From the NCBI GenBank assembly GCA_026994915.1, contig JALWPY010000169.1:1-41228 (forward strand): 41,228 nt of DNA, given 5' to 3'. How positions within the stretch are numbered: position 1 is the first letter of the stretch; every line of letters begins with the position of its first letter. This DNA is from Campylobacterales bacterium (lineage in GTDB: Bacteria > Campylobacterota > Campylobacteria > Campylobacterales > QNZT01). Position numbers and translations under genes: made by a program. Positions 19,248 to 30,087 of the stretch are shown here, piece by piece. The notes beneath the pieces were generated by a model that was given only the letters and a program-made list of their open reading frames with translations, searched no databases and was not told the DNA's origin.

Positions 19248-20378
19248 TCAGAGCCATCCCATTTTGATCGCAATCACCCAAACGATCAGGAGTATCAGAA
19301 CCGGAAAAATTATATATTTATTGAGGTGTTTCTTAATAAACGTCACACCTGCTTTACGTATTTTCGTAATGATGGTACGTTCTCTTGCTACTGCACGCTC
19401 GTCCAGAAAAGCGAAGGCGAGAATCAAAATGATCGCGAAAATAAAAAATACGATATTGTCCGGTTGACGTCTCAGTGCCAGCCCCATAATCGAAAAGACC
19501 AGCTGAATGAGAACAATGATTACAACGGCATTGTCTACACCACCTTTCCAGCGTAATACTTTATGGTGGAGATGCGTTTTGTCAGGATTGAAGGGGGAAA
19601 GCCCACGCTGAATACGGCGTATCATCACAGTCAGTGTATCGATAATCGGGATTGCCGTCAGAAAGAGTACGGAGGTGATACTGATATACGCTATCGACTT
19701 GATCGCCACGACAGAAATCGTAAAACCCAGTACCAGTGAGCCACTGTCTCCCATAAATATCTTTGCCGGATGCCAGTTGAAAAAGAGAAAAGCGACAATC
19801 GCCGGAATCATCAGCAAAGAAACCGTCATGATAAAAGCATCATGATACACCAGTCCGATATAGTAAAATGCTCCGAAGATGACGATCGATACACTGCCGG
19901 AGAGGCCATCCAGGCCATCGATGAGATTGAGTGCATTGGTAAAGCCGACAACGGCGATGATGGTCACGATCAGGGAGAAAAACAATGGTAACGTCACTTC
20001 ATGTCCAAACCAGACTCCAAGTGTATCGATTCTCAAACCATCGATAAAAAAAATCAGCAGTGTCGCAATGGTGATGCCGATAAATTTTGCTTTCGGTTCC
20101 ACGCCCCGATTGTCGTCATAGACACCGATCACGAAAATAATCAGTGATGCGAGTATAAAACCTTTATATTGCATGGCCAGGGAGGTGTAGCAGCAGAGCA
20201 AGACTAAAAAATAGGCGAGAAATATCGCGACACCGGCCCCCCTGGGAATGGGATTGAGGTGCGCGCTGCGTTCGTTGGGGACATCGATCATCCCCATCTT
20301 CGCTGAAAGTTTTGTGATACTGTATGTAAAAAAGAGTGAGACCAGGAAAGTTAACAGAACATCTATATTTTCAACCAC
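19248..20378 (-). CDS. wecA: MraY/WecA-family undecaprenyl-phosphate HexNAc-1-phosphate transferase
   Basis: DVPNERSAH..PIPRGAG, GVYDD, NALNLIDGLDG, IFMGDSGS, PDKTHLHH. Confidence 0.85.
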   Translation of the reverse strand: MVENIDVLLTFLVSLFFTYSITKLSAKMGMIDVPNERSAHLNPIPRGAGVAIFLAYFLVLLCCYTSLAMQYKGFILASLIIFVIGVYDDNRGVEPKAKFIGITIATLLIFFIDGLRIDTLGVWFGHEVTLPLFFSLIVTIIAVVGFTNALNLIDGLDGLSGSVSIVIFGAFYYIGLVYHDAFIMTVSLLMIPAIVAFLFFNWHPAKIFMGDSGSLVLGFTISVVAIKSIAYISITSVLFLTAIPIIDTLTVMIRRIQRGLSPFNPDKTHLHHKVLRWKGGVDNAVVIIVLIQLVFSIMGLALRRQPDNIVFFIFAIILILAFAFLDERAVARERTIITKIRKAGVTFIKKHLNKYIIFPVLILLIVWVIAIKMGWL

Positions 20379-20406
20379 CTGACTCTCCCCTTTTTAGATT
20401 TGTCTC

Positions 20407-22749
20407 TTATTTATAGGTATAACTGTACTTGAAAAAGCTCTGAGACATATTCTTAGGCTTTACTGCATTGAGTACGATACCAACATTTTTAATCTGATAT
20501 GATTTTACCATATCTTCGAGTGATTTCAGATACTCTTTCTCAGAATATTCGGATCTGAAAACGATCAGCGAAATATCCGCCAGCTTCATCAGCAGCAATG
20601 CATCAGTGACCATACCCATCGGCGGTGCATCGATGATGATATAGTCATACTCTTTACGCAGCTCTTCGATGATCTTGTCCACTTTGCCCGACTGCATCAG
20701 TTCGGAAGGATTTGGCGGAATCGGTCCCGATGTGATGATATCAAGATTTTTGATCTTTTTATGCTCCCAGATTACCTCTTTGAGAGTGTTATTTTTGGAA
20801 AGTACAGTACTCATACCAATCTTGTTGGTCAGACCAAATACCCTGTGCAGCATCGGGCGTCTCATATCGAGAGAGAGGACGATCGTCTTCTTGTCACTCA
20901 TACCGAATACCGCTGCCAGGTTGGTCGCAATCGTCGTTTTACCTTCACCCGGCACGGTCGAGGTGACGACGATCACTTTACTCTTGTTCTCGGTCGGAAT
21001 GAACTCCAGGTTGGTACGGATCAGCCTGAGCGCTTCACTCGCTACCGATTGCTGATCTTCGATCGTAAACATCTTGTCCGCAGCCTTGACCTGTGGAACC
21101 ACACCATAGAATGGAATTCTCGTATTGCTGACAATATCTTCTCTTGTTTTAATCTTGTCATCGAGCAACTCTCTCAGGTAGGCTACGATCATCGCCGTCA
21201 GGAAACCAAGCAACAGACTCGTCAATAAAATCATCGGAACATTCGGCTTGACTGGTTTAGTCGGTAATACTGCACGATCGAGCACTCTGTTTCCGGAGAC
21301 GGTCGAAGCCTTGTTGATCGACATCTCTGCCTGTTTCTGGAGCAGGAACTCATAAGTCTGCTCGAGGACTTTATATTTACGCTCCAGGGCTGCAAGCTCA
21401 CGCTCTTTCTCAGGGAACTTCAGCAGCGTCGTTTCACTGTTGTAGAGTGTGTCTTCGAGTGATCTGCGCTTCTCACTGAGCGAGTCGCTGATACTTTCGA
21501 TAGCACTCTCTAACGCCATACGAATATCATCGATCTCTTCGTCAACTTTTTGCACATCGGGATGCTCTTCTGTAAATTTGGACAACATCGCAATTTTTTT
21601 GGACTTTGCTTTCTGCAGGTCATCCAGCAAAGAAGCGAGTACCGGATAATCTTTGGCCAGGGAAGAGACAGCACCATAGTTACCGGTTTTGAACTCGTTG
21701 TAGAGTGCATTGAACGCACTCTCCTGGACTTTGACTTTCTCCAGTTCTCTTTTGACCTGGCTGCGATTTGTCAAAATCACCTGAGACTCTGTCTTGATGT
21801 CTACAAGATTGTTCTCTTCTTTAAAGTTCTCCAGTTTGATCGCCGCTTCCTGAAGTTTTTTACTCACTTCGAGCAGCTGTTTGTTAACGAAACCAAGCGC
21901 AGTCGAGGCCTTGGAAGTCTTTTTCTGGACACTCTGTTCGAGGTATTTGTCTACCAGATGATCGAGAAAGTCTTTGGCCCGCTGTGCCACACTGTCCTGA
22001 TAGATCAGCTTGATCACTGAACCATTTTTTGATACAGGAAAGACACTCAGATTTTTGGCTACTTCATCTACAGCACGATCTTTATTGAGTATGACAAAAG
22101 CATATTTTGCATTCGCCAGCTCTCCTTTTTTCTGAATAACCATAGAGAAATAACTGTTGTCGATCTTTTCGTTATATGTGAACTCTCCTGAAAACTGTAA
22201 CTCATGAGACTGTTTCCCAAGAAGCGAAGAGAGGGATTTCTTGACTGAACTCAAAATACCACCATGATCGACGTAGAGTTTGAACTTATCTCCGCCCATC
22301 GGTTCGACGACAAATTTCGTACCATATACAAGCGGATTTTTAACTTTCAACTCTGTGATTTTGATTGGTGTATCTTTGTAGAGCTCAATCTGTTTATAGT
22401 TATTGAAGGTGAAGTATCGGATCTGAAACCCTACATCTTCCAGCGCTTTCTCAATCAGTGATCTCGATTTGAGTATTTCAACTTCGGTATCGATCAGTGT
22501 CGCTTCGTTGTTGACGTTACCGCCACGTACGACATTATCAAGGCTGAGGTCCAGATTGTCGTTGCTGACCTCTATTGTCGCATAGGTTTCATATACCGGC
22601 GGCGTGAAGTAGGCATAAAAGAGCCCGCCAATAAAGAAAAGCGAGACGATAAAGAGGCTAAGTGCCTTGTTCTTACTGAATATTGCAAGTACTTTCTTGA
22701 TGTCTGCTGCATCTTCGAGTTTAGACAATGTCTTTTTTCTGTTTTCCAT
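20407..22749 (-). CDS. wzc: Polysaccharide co-polymerase / BY tyrosine autokinase
   Basis: Two TM helices flanking a coiled coil, EALRLIRTNL, Walker A PGEGKTT, DMRRP, PPNPSEL, IIIDAPP, C-terminal YSYTY. Confidence 0.93.
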   Translation of the reverse strand: MENRKKTLSKLEDAADIKKVLAIFSKNKALSLFIVSLFFIGGLFYAYFTPPVYETYATIEVSNDNLDLSLDNVVRGGNVNNEATLIDTEVEILKSRSLIEKALEDVGFQIRYFTFNNYKQIELYKDTPIKITELKVKNPLVYGTKFVVEPMGGDKFKLYVDHGGILSSVKKSLSSLLGKQSHELQFSGEFTYNEKIDNSYFSMVIQKKGELANAKYAFVILNKDRAVDEVAKNLSVFPVSKNGSVIKLIYQDSVAQRAKDFLDHLVDKYLEQSVQKKTSKASTALGFVNKQLLEVSKKLQEAAIKLENFKEENNLVDIKTESQVILTNRSQVKRELEKVKVQESAFNALYNEFKTGNYGAVSSLAKDYPVLASLLDDLQKAKSKKIAMLSKFTEEHPDVQKVDEEIDDIRMALESAIESISDSLSEKRRSLEDTLYNSETTLLKFPEKERELAALERKYKVLEQTYEFLLQKQAEMSINKASTVSGNRVLDRAVLPTKPVKPNVPMILLTSLLLGFLTAMIVAYLRELLDDKIKTREDIVSNTRIPFYGVVPQVKAADKMFTIEDQQSVASEALRLIRTNLEFIPTENKSKVIVVTSTVPGEGKTTIATNLAAVFGMSDKKTIVLSLDMRRPMLHRVFGLTNKIGMSTVLSKNNTLKEVIWEHKKIKNLDIITSGPIPPNPSELMQSGKVDKIIEELRKEYDYIIIDAPPMGMVTDALLLMKLADISLIVFRSEYSEKEYLKSLEDMVKSYQIKNVGIVLNAVKPKNMSQSFFKYSYTYK

Positions 22750-22766
22750 CGTTAGTTCCCTTTCCC

Positions 22767-23603
22767 TTATTGTGCCGGCACATATGGTGCTGCATTTGCA
22801 TCGGCCGCATTATTAACATTGAACAGATGTGTATTTGTCAGGTATTTGCCTGTATAGAGCACACCCAGAATTTTCGCTGCCAGATCGATACCCGGCATCG
22901 CCTGATTGATCGACATATTTCTCTGTCTCTCTTCGTTAGGCATAACATAGATCACATCATTTGGATAGAGTCTCAACCCACCGCTTGTCAGAGCAGTGAC
23001 CGAAGTAAGATCAATTGTATTGACAACAGGTTTTTGTGCGGTACCACGGATAATCAAAATCTTGTCGCGCTTGGCGTAGTCGGTAAGTCCTCCACTTCTG
23101 CCCAGTGCTTCCAGTACATTGGTCGTATCTTCAATAATGTCGACTTTTCCGGGTTGTTTCACCTCACCAAGGACAATCACACGCTTGTTGAGTACTTCAA
23201 CGGTGACATGCGCGTTTTTCAGATATCTGGCATATTCACGTGTCAACAGATCGGCACACTCACGCTCAGTTAGCCCCGCAACACGCACTACACCGATCAA
23301 CGGCAAGCTGATCGTACCATCACCGGCCACCAGTGCACCACGCTCATCGGCAGGTGCCACTTGTGCACGAACATCTCTTGTACTGAGTTCAGGATGATTG
23401 AAAATCAAAATTGAGAGCCTGTTGTTCGGCATGATTTTGTATTCGTAATGTGCGTTCGTCAGATTATTGTTCAAATCCGTTGTGCAGTTTGCAAGTTTCT
23501 GATTGTCATTGAACAAAACATACTGTTTGGACTTACCGCTACAACCACTCATCAATACCGTGACCATTACCAGTGATGCTGCTGTCAGATGTTTAGATCT
23601 CAT
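22767..23603 (-). CDS. wza: Polysaccharide export outer-membrane lipoprotein
   Basis: Lipobox LMSGC, DGTISLPLIG.V.VAGLT, VLGEVKQPG, SLBB-type ALGRSGGLT, LYPNDVIYV. Confidence 0.9.
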   Translation of the reverse strand: MRSKHLTAASLVMVTVLMSGCSGKSKQYVLFNDNQKLANCTTDLNNNLTNAHYEYKIMPNNRLSILIFNHPELSTRDVRAQVAPADERGALVAGDGTISLPLIGVVRVAGLTERECADLLTREYARYLKNAHVTVEVLNKRVIVLGEVKQPGKVDIIEDTTNVLEALGRSGGLTDYAKRDKILIIRGTAQKPVVNTIDLTSVTALTSGGLRLYPNDVIYVMPNEERQRNMSINQAMPGIDLAAKILGVLYTGKYLTNTHLFNVNNAADANAAPYVPAQ

Positions 23604-23637
23604 GATTTAATACCTTTGATATTTTTTTATTAATTTT

Positions 23638-23643
23638 ATTATA
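23638..23643 (-). promoter_or_regulatory. Putative sigma70 -10 (TATAAT) for wza-wzc-wecA
   Basis: cttgTATAAT on the minus strand about 35 nt upstream of wza, in a very AT-rich 214-bp spacer. Confidence 0.45.
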
Positions 23644-23817
23644 CAAGACAAATATTATTTTAAAATTAAAAGGTAAATATTTATTTAACTTTTAACACAA
23701 TTTACTTGCAACATTACACATACGAAAGCGATATAATTTAAATAAAGCTTACGTAATTATTGTATAATTAAATATATTAACATTTACTTTATAAAAATTA
23801 AAAATATAATTTTTATT

Positions 23818-25434
23818 TTATACTGCCAATTCAATTAAAGTCTCCAGCTCCTTTTCAAAGCTGAGCCTGACTCCTTTGGATTTCACCAGATGGTTATACC
23901 CTTTTGCAATATGAATATCGACAATTTTTAAACTTTTTAAACCCTCAAAAGTCAAATATGCATATTTTGTGATGATTTGATTCTTTTCATTGAGAGTAAT
24001 CTCCACTTCCGGTGCAAAATGCAAAAATGCCACCGCTTCATGAGACTGTGCATTAGATGATTCTACAATATCCTTGATTTTTATGTTTCTGTCACTCATC
24101 TCAAATTGTCTTGTATGCAGCACACCGATTCGGGCATATCCATCATGCGTAGCACGGATACTCTTTTCAAGCTCCTGTAACTGAACAATCCGTGCCCTTC
24201 TGGCGACACGAAAACTCGACCATACTTCTGACTGATCCAACCCGTCGATCATCACTGTGTTATGGGCCCTGGTAGAGCGTTCGAGTTTTCTTCTCGCATT
24301 GTTTTCATACGTACTGATGCCCGTATCGACGATAAAAGGCTGCGCTGCGACAGAGAGTTCAAAGTTGAACGTATCACTGTGTGCATGTCCGGGAATGTAA
24401 TCAGGACCGATATTTCCTACATCTACGACCAGCTCGTAACGATCCGTGACATATTTTCGATAACCACTCTCCCGCAAAGGCCGCTTTTCTATCGGGATAT
24501 CCAATCTTTTGGCATAAGCAAGGAGTTGTGAAGTCGTCGGGGCGATACCGTCGGCAGAATCGTTCAGATGTGGAATCGAACCGTTTTGACATGTGATATT
24601 CTCCAGCCAGCCCAGCATTAAAGAGGCTTTCACTCTGAGAAGCTGCATCAGGTCCGGTTCTGAGAACTGTTGATTGTTTTGCATGAGATTGTAACAGTCC
24701 AGCACCCTGTAGAGCATGATCTGATGGTACATCGGTGAGAGTTCAAAGTGTGCACCGTCCGGTAAAATCTGCTCCTGAAGTTCCTCTGTCAGGATCTCTT
24801 TCGCTTTTGCAAACAATCCGCTATCGGCAAAATAGTACCCTCCAAACAGCAGGGCAAAACCGTTTTCCAGCAGATGGTTGCCCAGGAGATGGTACTCCAG
24901 ATTGTCCATCAGAATATCGTACTGGGCACGGAGTGAACTCTCTGTTGTAGGATGTTGTATAGCATGATCACTTAAAAATTTGATCCAGTTGATAGCACGG
25001 AGTGCGATAGGAAAAGGCTCGAGACCATCTTTGCTTTTTTCGATTTTTGCAATAAAGTCTTCAATCAAAGCCATACCCGTCTTGCTCTCCATACCAGGTT
25101 GATTCAAAAAATCGAAATAGTTGAGATTATATGTCCAGAGTTTACCGTGACCGGAAAAGTTCCAGTCGATGGTATCGATACTCGCAAATGTGTGGGGCAG
25201 ATTGAGGAAAGTAAACCGGTATCCCTCATTTGAAACCTTTTTCAAACTCTCTTCCGCAGGTATAGACGCTTGCATTTGCACCGATACACCTTCTGCTTTC
25301 CTGAATAAAGGGGGCCGGTAGTGTCTCATTTTTCTGATGCGATTGCGCAAGACGTAGTAAAGCCTGTATCGTATCTGCTTGCTTTTCATATACCGCAGTG
25401 TATGAAAATAGACGCCAAGTTGTTTCAGTTTCAT
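23818..25434 (-). CDS. Heparinase II/III family protein (polysaccharide-locus type)
   Basis: KLWTYNLNYF, LEYHLLGNHLLEN, DGAHFELSPMYH, PGHAHSD, VDTGISTY, RSTRAHNTV. Confidence 0.88.
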   Translation of the reverse strand: MKLKQLGVYFHTLRYMKSKQIRYRLYYVLRNRIRKMRHYRPPLFRKAEGVSVQMQASIPAEESLKKVSNEGYRFTFLNLPHTFASIDTIDWNFSGHGKLWTYNLNYFDFLNQPGMESKTGMALIEDFIAKIEKSKDGLEPFPIALRAINWIKFLSDHAIQHPTTESSLRAQYDILMDNLEYHLLGNHLLENGFALLFGGYYFADSGLFAKAKEILTEELQEQILPDGAHFELSPMYHQIMLYRVLDCYNLMQNNQQFSEPDLMQLLRVKASLMLGWLENITCQNGSIPHLNDSADGIAPTTSQLLAYAKRLDIPIEKRPLRESGYRKYVTDRYELVVDVGNIGPDYIPGHAHSDTFNFELSVAAQPFIVDTGISTYENNARRKLERSTRAHNTVMIDGLDQSEVWSSFRVARRARIVQLQELEKSIRATHDGYARIGVLHTRQFEMSDRNIKIKDIVESSNAQSHEAVAFLHFAPEVEITLNEKNQIITKYAYLTFEGLKSLKIVDIHIAKGYNHLVKSKGVRLSFEKELETLIELAV

Positions 25435-26537
25435 CGGTCTTGAAGTTTCTGTTTGTAGAGATCGTAATATCTTTGTGCCGTAATTTCAATAGAATAATTT
25501 TTGTCAAATGTATCAATAATATGCTTTTTATCCAGACTTTCGGACGAGAGAAAACGTTGCATCGCTTTCAGATAGCTGTCGGGAGTGAGATCGTTGGCCA
25601 GAAAACCGTTTTTTCCCTCTTCGATGATATCCGGAATACCGCCGACCGGAGTCGCGATAGTGGGCAACCCGATCGACATCGCTTCGAGTATCGTCATAGG
25701 CATCCCTTCATGACTGGATGATAGACAAAAAGCATCGGCATTTAGCAAGTAGTCGGAAACATTGCTCTTTTCGTCCAAAAAGTGAATATTTTCGGGATGG
25801 CGCACCATCGCTTCACACTCTCTGGCATATTCGGGAACAATTTTCCGGGAACCGATAATCAAAAGATGTGCATCAACACCCTCATCTAAAAGAGAGTCAA
25901 ACGCTTCAATAAGCAATTTTTGATTTTTGACCGGATAGACACGTCCGATATTGACAAAGATTTTTGAGTCGTTCGCTTTTTTCAAAGCTGCAATCTCCTG
26001 TTTTGTCTCCTCGATCAAAGATGTTGCCTCGAGTCTCTGGACGCCATTGTCTATCTGGATGTTATACACTTCTCCGTACTCTTTCTGCACAGACTTCAAA
26101 ACTTCTGTACTGATCGAGACCGGCGTAAAATTGAAATATCGATATAACAATGCATAAAATTTACGTTTACCTGCAGTAGTCTCTTTATAGGCGAGGCTAT
26201 GTACTGTGTGAATATTGGGTATTTGATTGGCGATGAGGCCAAACGCGGCATAGACCTGCGCGCGCAGATGGGTATGGGTAATATCCGGCCGGATCTCTTT
26301 GAGCATCTTATAAATGTCAAACATCAATGTTGGATGTTTTCCTACCTTGTTCATCGATAAAAAATGGACTTTTTTGTCGATCTTTTTGTACATGATCTGC
26401 TGTCTCTCATTCAACTTTTCCAATGAGCAGAGGTAGACTTCATTTTCGGGATTTTTAGAGAGCTCGTTACAGATATCGATACAAAATTTTTCAGCCCCAC
26501 CGGTATAAAGGCTAGGCAGGATATGCATGATCTTCAT
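25431..26537 (-). CDS. Glycosyltransferase family 4
   Basis: GGAEK, IGRVYPVKNQ, SSSHEGMPMTILEAM (EX7E); start trimmed to ATG 26537 after an AAGGAG SD. Confidence 0.9.
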   Translation of the reverse strand: MKIMHILPSLYTGGAEKFCIDICNELSKNPENEVYLCSLEKLNERQQIMYKKIDKKVHFLSMNKVGKHPTLMFDIYKMLKEIRPDITHTHLRAQVYAAFGLIANQIPNIHTVHSLAYKETTAGKRKFYALLYRYFNFTPVSISTEVLKSVQKEYGEVYNIQIDNGVQRLEATSLIEETKQEIAALKKANDSKIFVNIGRVYPVKNQKLLIEAFDSLLDEGVDAHLLIIGSRKIVPEYARECEAMVRHPENIHFLDEKSNVSDYLLNADAFCLSSSHEGMPMTILEAMSIGLPTIATPVGGIPDIIEEGKNGFLANDLTPDSYLKAMQRFLSSESLDKKHIIDTFDKNYSIEITAQRYYDLYKQKLQDR

Positions 26538-27702
26538 CACTCTCTCCTTCCTCTTCAGACCATACAACCAGAGTCACATGCGACAAGAGCCCCAAAAAGA
26601 GCCAAAAATACTTCTCGTATGTCATCGACAGTGTCAGGCCCATCAAAATCGTTGAAAGTGCAGCTATGTAGATCCAGAAATAATCGCTGTACAATATCGT
26701 TTTGATTTTATATGTAAAAAGTACAAACAAAAAGGCTAACAGTGCCAAAAATGGGAAAATACCGTTCTCTCCAAGCATTTTGATCAAAAAATTGTGTGGC
26801 GCGAAAGAGCCTTCGGCAATAAAATCCGTCGCATATTCACGCGCATGTTTTTCATACTGTTCTGCACCGACACCGGTAAAAAAGTTATCACGTGCCATGC
26901 GTATACCCGCGTTCCAGGAAACGAATCTTGTTTTCGCCGTTCCACTGGACTGTGCTCTCTCTTCCAGTCCCTGTACGGCAGTCGATTGTGTAATATCGAG
27001 CATATAGAGACCAAAGCCGATTACTAAAATCGCTACGATTGCCTTCAAAGAGAATAGTTGTCGGAGCAAAAATCTAAACTTGACGAGGATGGAAAATGTA
27101 ACCAAGAAAGCCAGTGTCAAAAAAGCGGATTTTGACCCTGCATATAACAACGCATAGGAAAAAAGCCCCAAAGAAGGCCACAGGAAAAAATGATTGCGGT
27201 TTTTATAAAAGAGATAGACGGTAATTGCCATCGCCACCAGGATATGGCTCGAAAACTCATTTGGATCGCCTGTACCACCGGTACGCCTGAATGTCCATTG
27301 GCTGATAGGCTCACTGAATACGAGTATGATGGAAGAGACAACGACACTTGCCCAGACAAAATAAAGAAGCTTCTCGAAGGAGTCATAGTAGCTGACAAAA
27401 ACGAATATAGTCAGCATCGGGATCATAACAAAGAGGGCCTGAGTCAGTGTGATCACTTCAAACAAGACATTTAGTAACGAAACAGCACCAAAAACAAACA
27501 CCAAAAGATAAAAAAACTTCATAACGCTATTTTTAGGACTCAGCATCGCGACTATAATATCTTTGGCATAAACTACCAGGAAAAAGCCCAGAATAATTTT
27601 GAGTGCATTTTCTCCGGCCACTTTATCGACCACGAAGTCATCATTGATGATACCAAAGACCAGTAAAAAGAGTGCCAGATCTCTGATGAACCTAAAAAGC
27701 AT
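26512..27702 (-). CDS. O-antigen ligase / Wzy-family polymerase
   Basis: Polytopic membrane protein with GDPNEF, GSKS, R..SW, FTGVG, PHN (Wzy_C-type). Confidence 0.8.
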   Translation of the reverse strand: MLFRFIRDLALFLLVFGIINDDFVVDKVAGENALKIILGFFLVVYAKDIIVAMLSPKNSVMKFFYLLVFVFGAVSLLNVLFEVITLTQALFVMIPMLTIFVFVSYYDSFEKLLYFVWASVVVSSIILVFSEPISQWTFRRTGGTGDPNEFSSHILVAMAITVYLFYKNRNHFFLWPSLGLFSYALLYAGSKSAFLTLAFLVTFSILVKFRFLLRQLFSLKAIVAILVIGFGLYMLDITQSTAVQGLEERAQSSGTAKTRFVSWNAGIRMARDNFFTGVGAEQYEKHAREYATDFIAEGSFAPHNFLIKMLGENGIFPFLALLAFLFVLFTYKIKTILYSDYFWIYIAALSTILMGLTLSMTYEKYFWLFLGLLSHVTLVVWSEEEGESDEDHAYPA

Positions 27703-27729
27703 ATCTATCCTTCAGTGTTTTCAACAAAA

Positions 27730-28953
27730 TTACGCAACTGGAACTTTTTGCTTCACATCGAGCTTACAAAATGTCAATATCTTTTTATCCGCATCAATTT
27801 CAAGATCTTTAAACTCTTTATGGCTGACTAAAAATGCGATGATATCTGCCTCTTCAATCGCTTTGCGATAATCCACTATCGGAAATTCATCAAAAGTTTG
27901 GATATTTGGCTCTACTGCCAAAACATCGATATTGTCCGCTACCAGTCTTCTTGTGATATAGAGTGCCGGAGACTCTCTCAAATCGTCGATATCGGGCTTG
28001 AACGCCAGTCCCATACATGCAACTTTGGGTTTGCGGCCCTTCTCTTTTTCAAATGTCAGGGCGACATTCTTCACTTTTTCAACCACCCACTCCGATTTAT
28101 AGTCATTGACTTCTCGTGCCGTTTTGATCAGTCTGGCGTCTCCTTTGGCCGCATCGACGATAAACCATGGATCGACTGCGATACAGTGTCCGCCGACACC
28201 ACAACCAGGCTGGAGAATATTTACACGCGGATGTCGGTTTGCCAGTTCGATCAACTCCCAGACATCGATACCGAATTTGTCACAGAGAATGGAGAGCTCA
28301 TTGGCGAAAGCGATATTGACATCTCTGAAACTGTTCTCAGTCAATTTGGCCATCTCGGCAGTTCGCGCGTCTGTCTGCAGGACTTCACCCTTGACAAATG
28401 ACTTGTAGAAATCAGCGGTCACACGTGTCGCTTCCGGTGTCGTACCCCCAACAATTCTGTCATTGTGTACCAGTTCATGCATGATTTTGCCGGGCAGGAC
28501 CCTCTCAGGACAGTGTGCAAAATGGATTTTCGAAGTATCCACACCCTCTTCTCTGAGCGTCTTTTCCATCAAATCGGTCGTACCTACAGGTGAAGTAGAC
28601 TCCAGGATCACGATATTACCCTCTCTCACATACGGAGCGATACTCTTCGTAGCAGCGACGATATAATCGACATTGGGTACATGATTGGCTTTGAAGGGCG
28701 TCGGTACCGCAATGATGAAGATATCCGCCTCTGTCGGTTTCGTATCTGCTACAAGATTTCCAGAATTGACAGCAGATTGTACAAAAGTATCCAGATCAGG
28801 CTCGACGATATGAATTTTACCTTGGTTGATAATATCTACAGTCTCCTGCACAACATCTACGCCATGCACCTGATATCCTCTGTTTGCCAGAAGTGAAGCA
28901 GTGGGTAATCCAATATACCCCAGTCCCATAACACAAATCTTTTGCTTACTCAT
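27730..28953 (-). CDS. wecC: UDP-N-acetyl-D-mannosamine dehydrogenase
   Basis: GLGYIGLPTA, ESTSPVGTT, CPERVLPG, KLTENSFRDVNIAFANE, GVGGHCIAVDP, FKPDIDDLRESP; adjacent to wecB. Confidence 0.93.
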   Translation of the reverse strand: MSKQKICVMGLGYIGLPTASLLANRGYQVHGVDVVQETVDIINQGKIHIVEPDLDTFVQSAVNSGNLVADTKPTEADIFIIAVPTPFKANHVPNVDYIVAATKSIAPYVREGNIVILESTSPVGTTDLMEKTLREEGVDTSKIHFAHCPERVLPGKIMHELVHNDRIVGGTTPEATRVTADFYKSFVKGEVLQTDARTAEMAKLTENSFRDVNIAFANELSILCDKFGIDVWELIELANRHPRVNILQPGCGVGGHCIAVDPWFIVDAAKGDARLIKTAREVNDYKSEWVVEKVKNVALTFEKEKGRKPKVACMGLAFKPDIDDLRESPALYITRRLVADNIDVLAVEPNIQTFDEFPIVDYRKAIEEADIIAFLVSHKEFKDLEIDADKKILTFCKLDVKQKVPVA

Positions 28954-30087
28954 CTATTTTTCCTTTAAAAACGCTACGATTCGCGCACATGCTTTCCCAT
29001 CCCCGTAAGGATTGTGTGATTTCGACATCGCTTCGTAAGCTACTGCATCATTGAAAAGTCTGTTGCAAGCTTCAATAATGCGCTCTTTATCCGTTCCAAC
29101 GAGTTCGACAGTTCCCGCTTCAAGTGCTTCAGGACGCTCTGTCGTATCACGCATGACCAGTACAGGTTTTCCAAGGCTCGGTGCCTCCTCCTGTATCCCA
29201 CCGCTGTCAGTGAGGATAAAATGGGCATGATCCATCAGATAGACAAAGGGCTCATAATCGAGCGGATCAATCAGATAGACATTATCTACATCCGAAAGGA
29301 TCTCTTTAACCGGTTTTTGCACATTTGGATTCAAATGCACCGGATAGACGATATCCGCTTCCGGGTGTGCTTTGGCCACCTCTTTGAGTGCTTCACATAT
29401 GTTCAGAAAACCCTGTCCGAAATTTTCTCTGCGATGCCCTGTAACAAGCACGAGTTTTCTCTCTTTATCTACCCGATACCCTTTTTGAGCAATAATATCT
29501 TTTAGTTTCTCTTCTAAAGATTGATCATCTTTGATTTTTGAACCTACACTTACGAGCGCATCGATCACGGTATTGCCTGTGACGATGACATTTTCTATAT
29601 CGACATTTTCTTTCAAAAGATTAGCGCGGCTCTCCTGCGTTGGTGCGAAATGGTAGGTTGCCAGTCGACCTGTGACCTGACGGTTTCCCTCTTCCGGCCA
29701 GGGAGAGTAGACATTTCCTGTACGAAGCCCTGCTTCCACATGTCCTACCGCTATCTGTTGGTAAAAGGCTGCCAGAGAAGTCGCAAGTGTCGTCGTCGTA
29801 TCTCCATGCACCAGAACAACATCAGGTTTCGCCTCTTCCAGTACCTCTTTGAGCCCCAGCAGAATATTGCTGGTCACTTCATAAAGATTTTGTCCCGGTT
29901 TCATGACATTGAGGTCGTAATCCGGCTCTATCTCGAAAAGGTCGAGTACCTGATCGAGCATCTCACGGTGCTGTGCCGTGACACAGACGATCGTTTCAAA
30001 ATCTTTATCCGCTTCAAATGCCTTGACAAGAGGTGCCATTTTGATCGCTTCAGGTCGTGTTCCGAAGACCAGCATCACTTTTTTCAT
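28954..30087 (-). CDS. wecB: UDP-N-acetylglucosamine 2-epimerase (non-hydrolysing)
   Basis: [50 protein letters not shown]; start trimmed to the ATGA overlap with galE. Confidence 0.96.
   Translation of the reverse strand: MKKVMLVFGTRPEAIKMAPLVKAFEADKDFETIVCVTAQHREMLDQVLDLFEIEPDYDLNVMKPGQNLYEVTSNILLGLKEVLEEAKPDVVLVHGDTTTTLATSLAAFYQQIAVGHVEAGLRTGNVYSPWPEEGNRQVTGRLATYHFAPTQESRANLLKENVDIENVIVTGNTVIDALVSVGSKIKDDQSLEEKLKDIIAQKGYRVDKERKLVLVTGHRRENFGQGFLNICEALKEVAKAHPEADIVYPVHLNPNVQKPVKEILSDVDNVYLIDPLDYEPFVYLMDHAHFILTDSGGIQEEAPSLGKPVLVMRDTTERPEALEAGTVELVGTDKERIIEACNRLFNDAVAYEAMSKSHNPYGDGKACARIVAFLKEK

Noticed and set aside
23604-23817. Very AT-rich spacer with several TATAAT-like boxes (possible origin or sRNA)
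   Set aside because: No DnaA-box cluster, repeats or stable structure were seen. It fits an ordinary promoter region.
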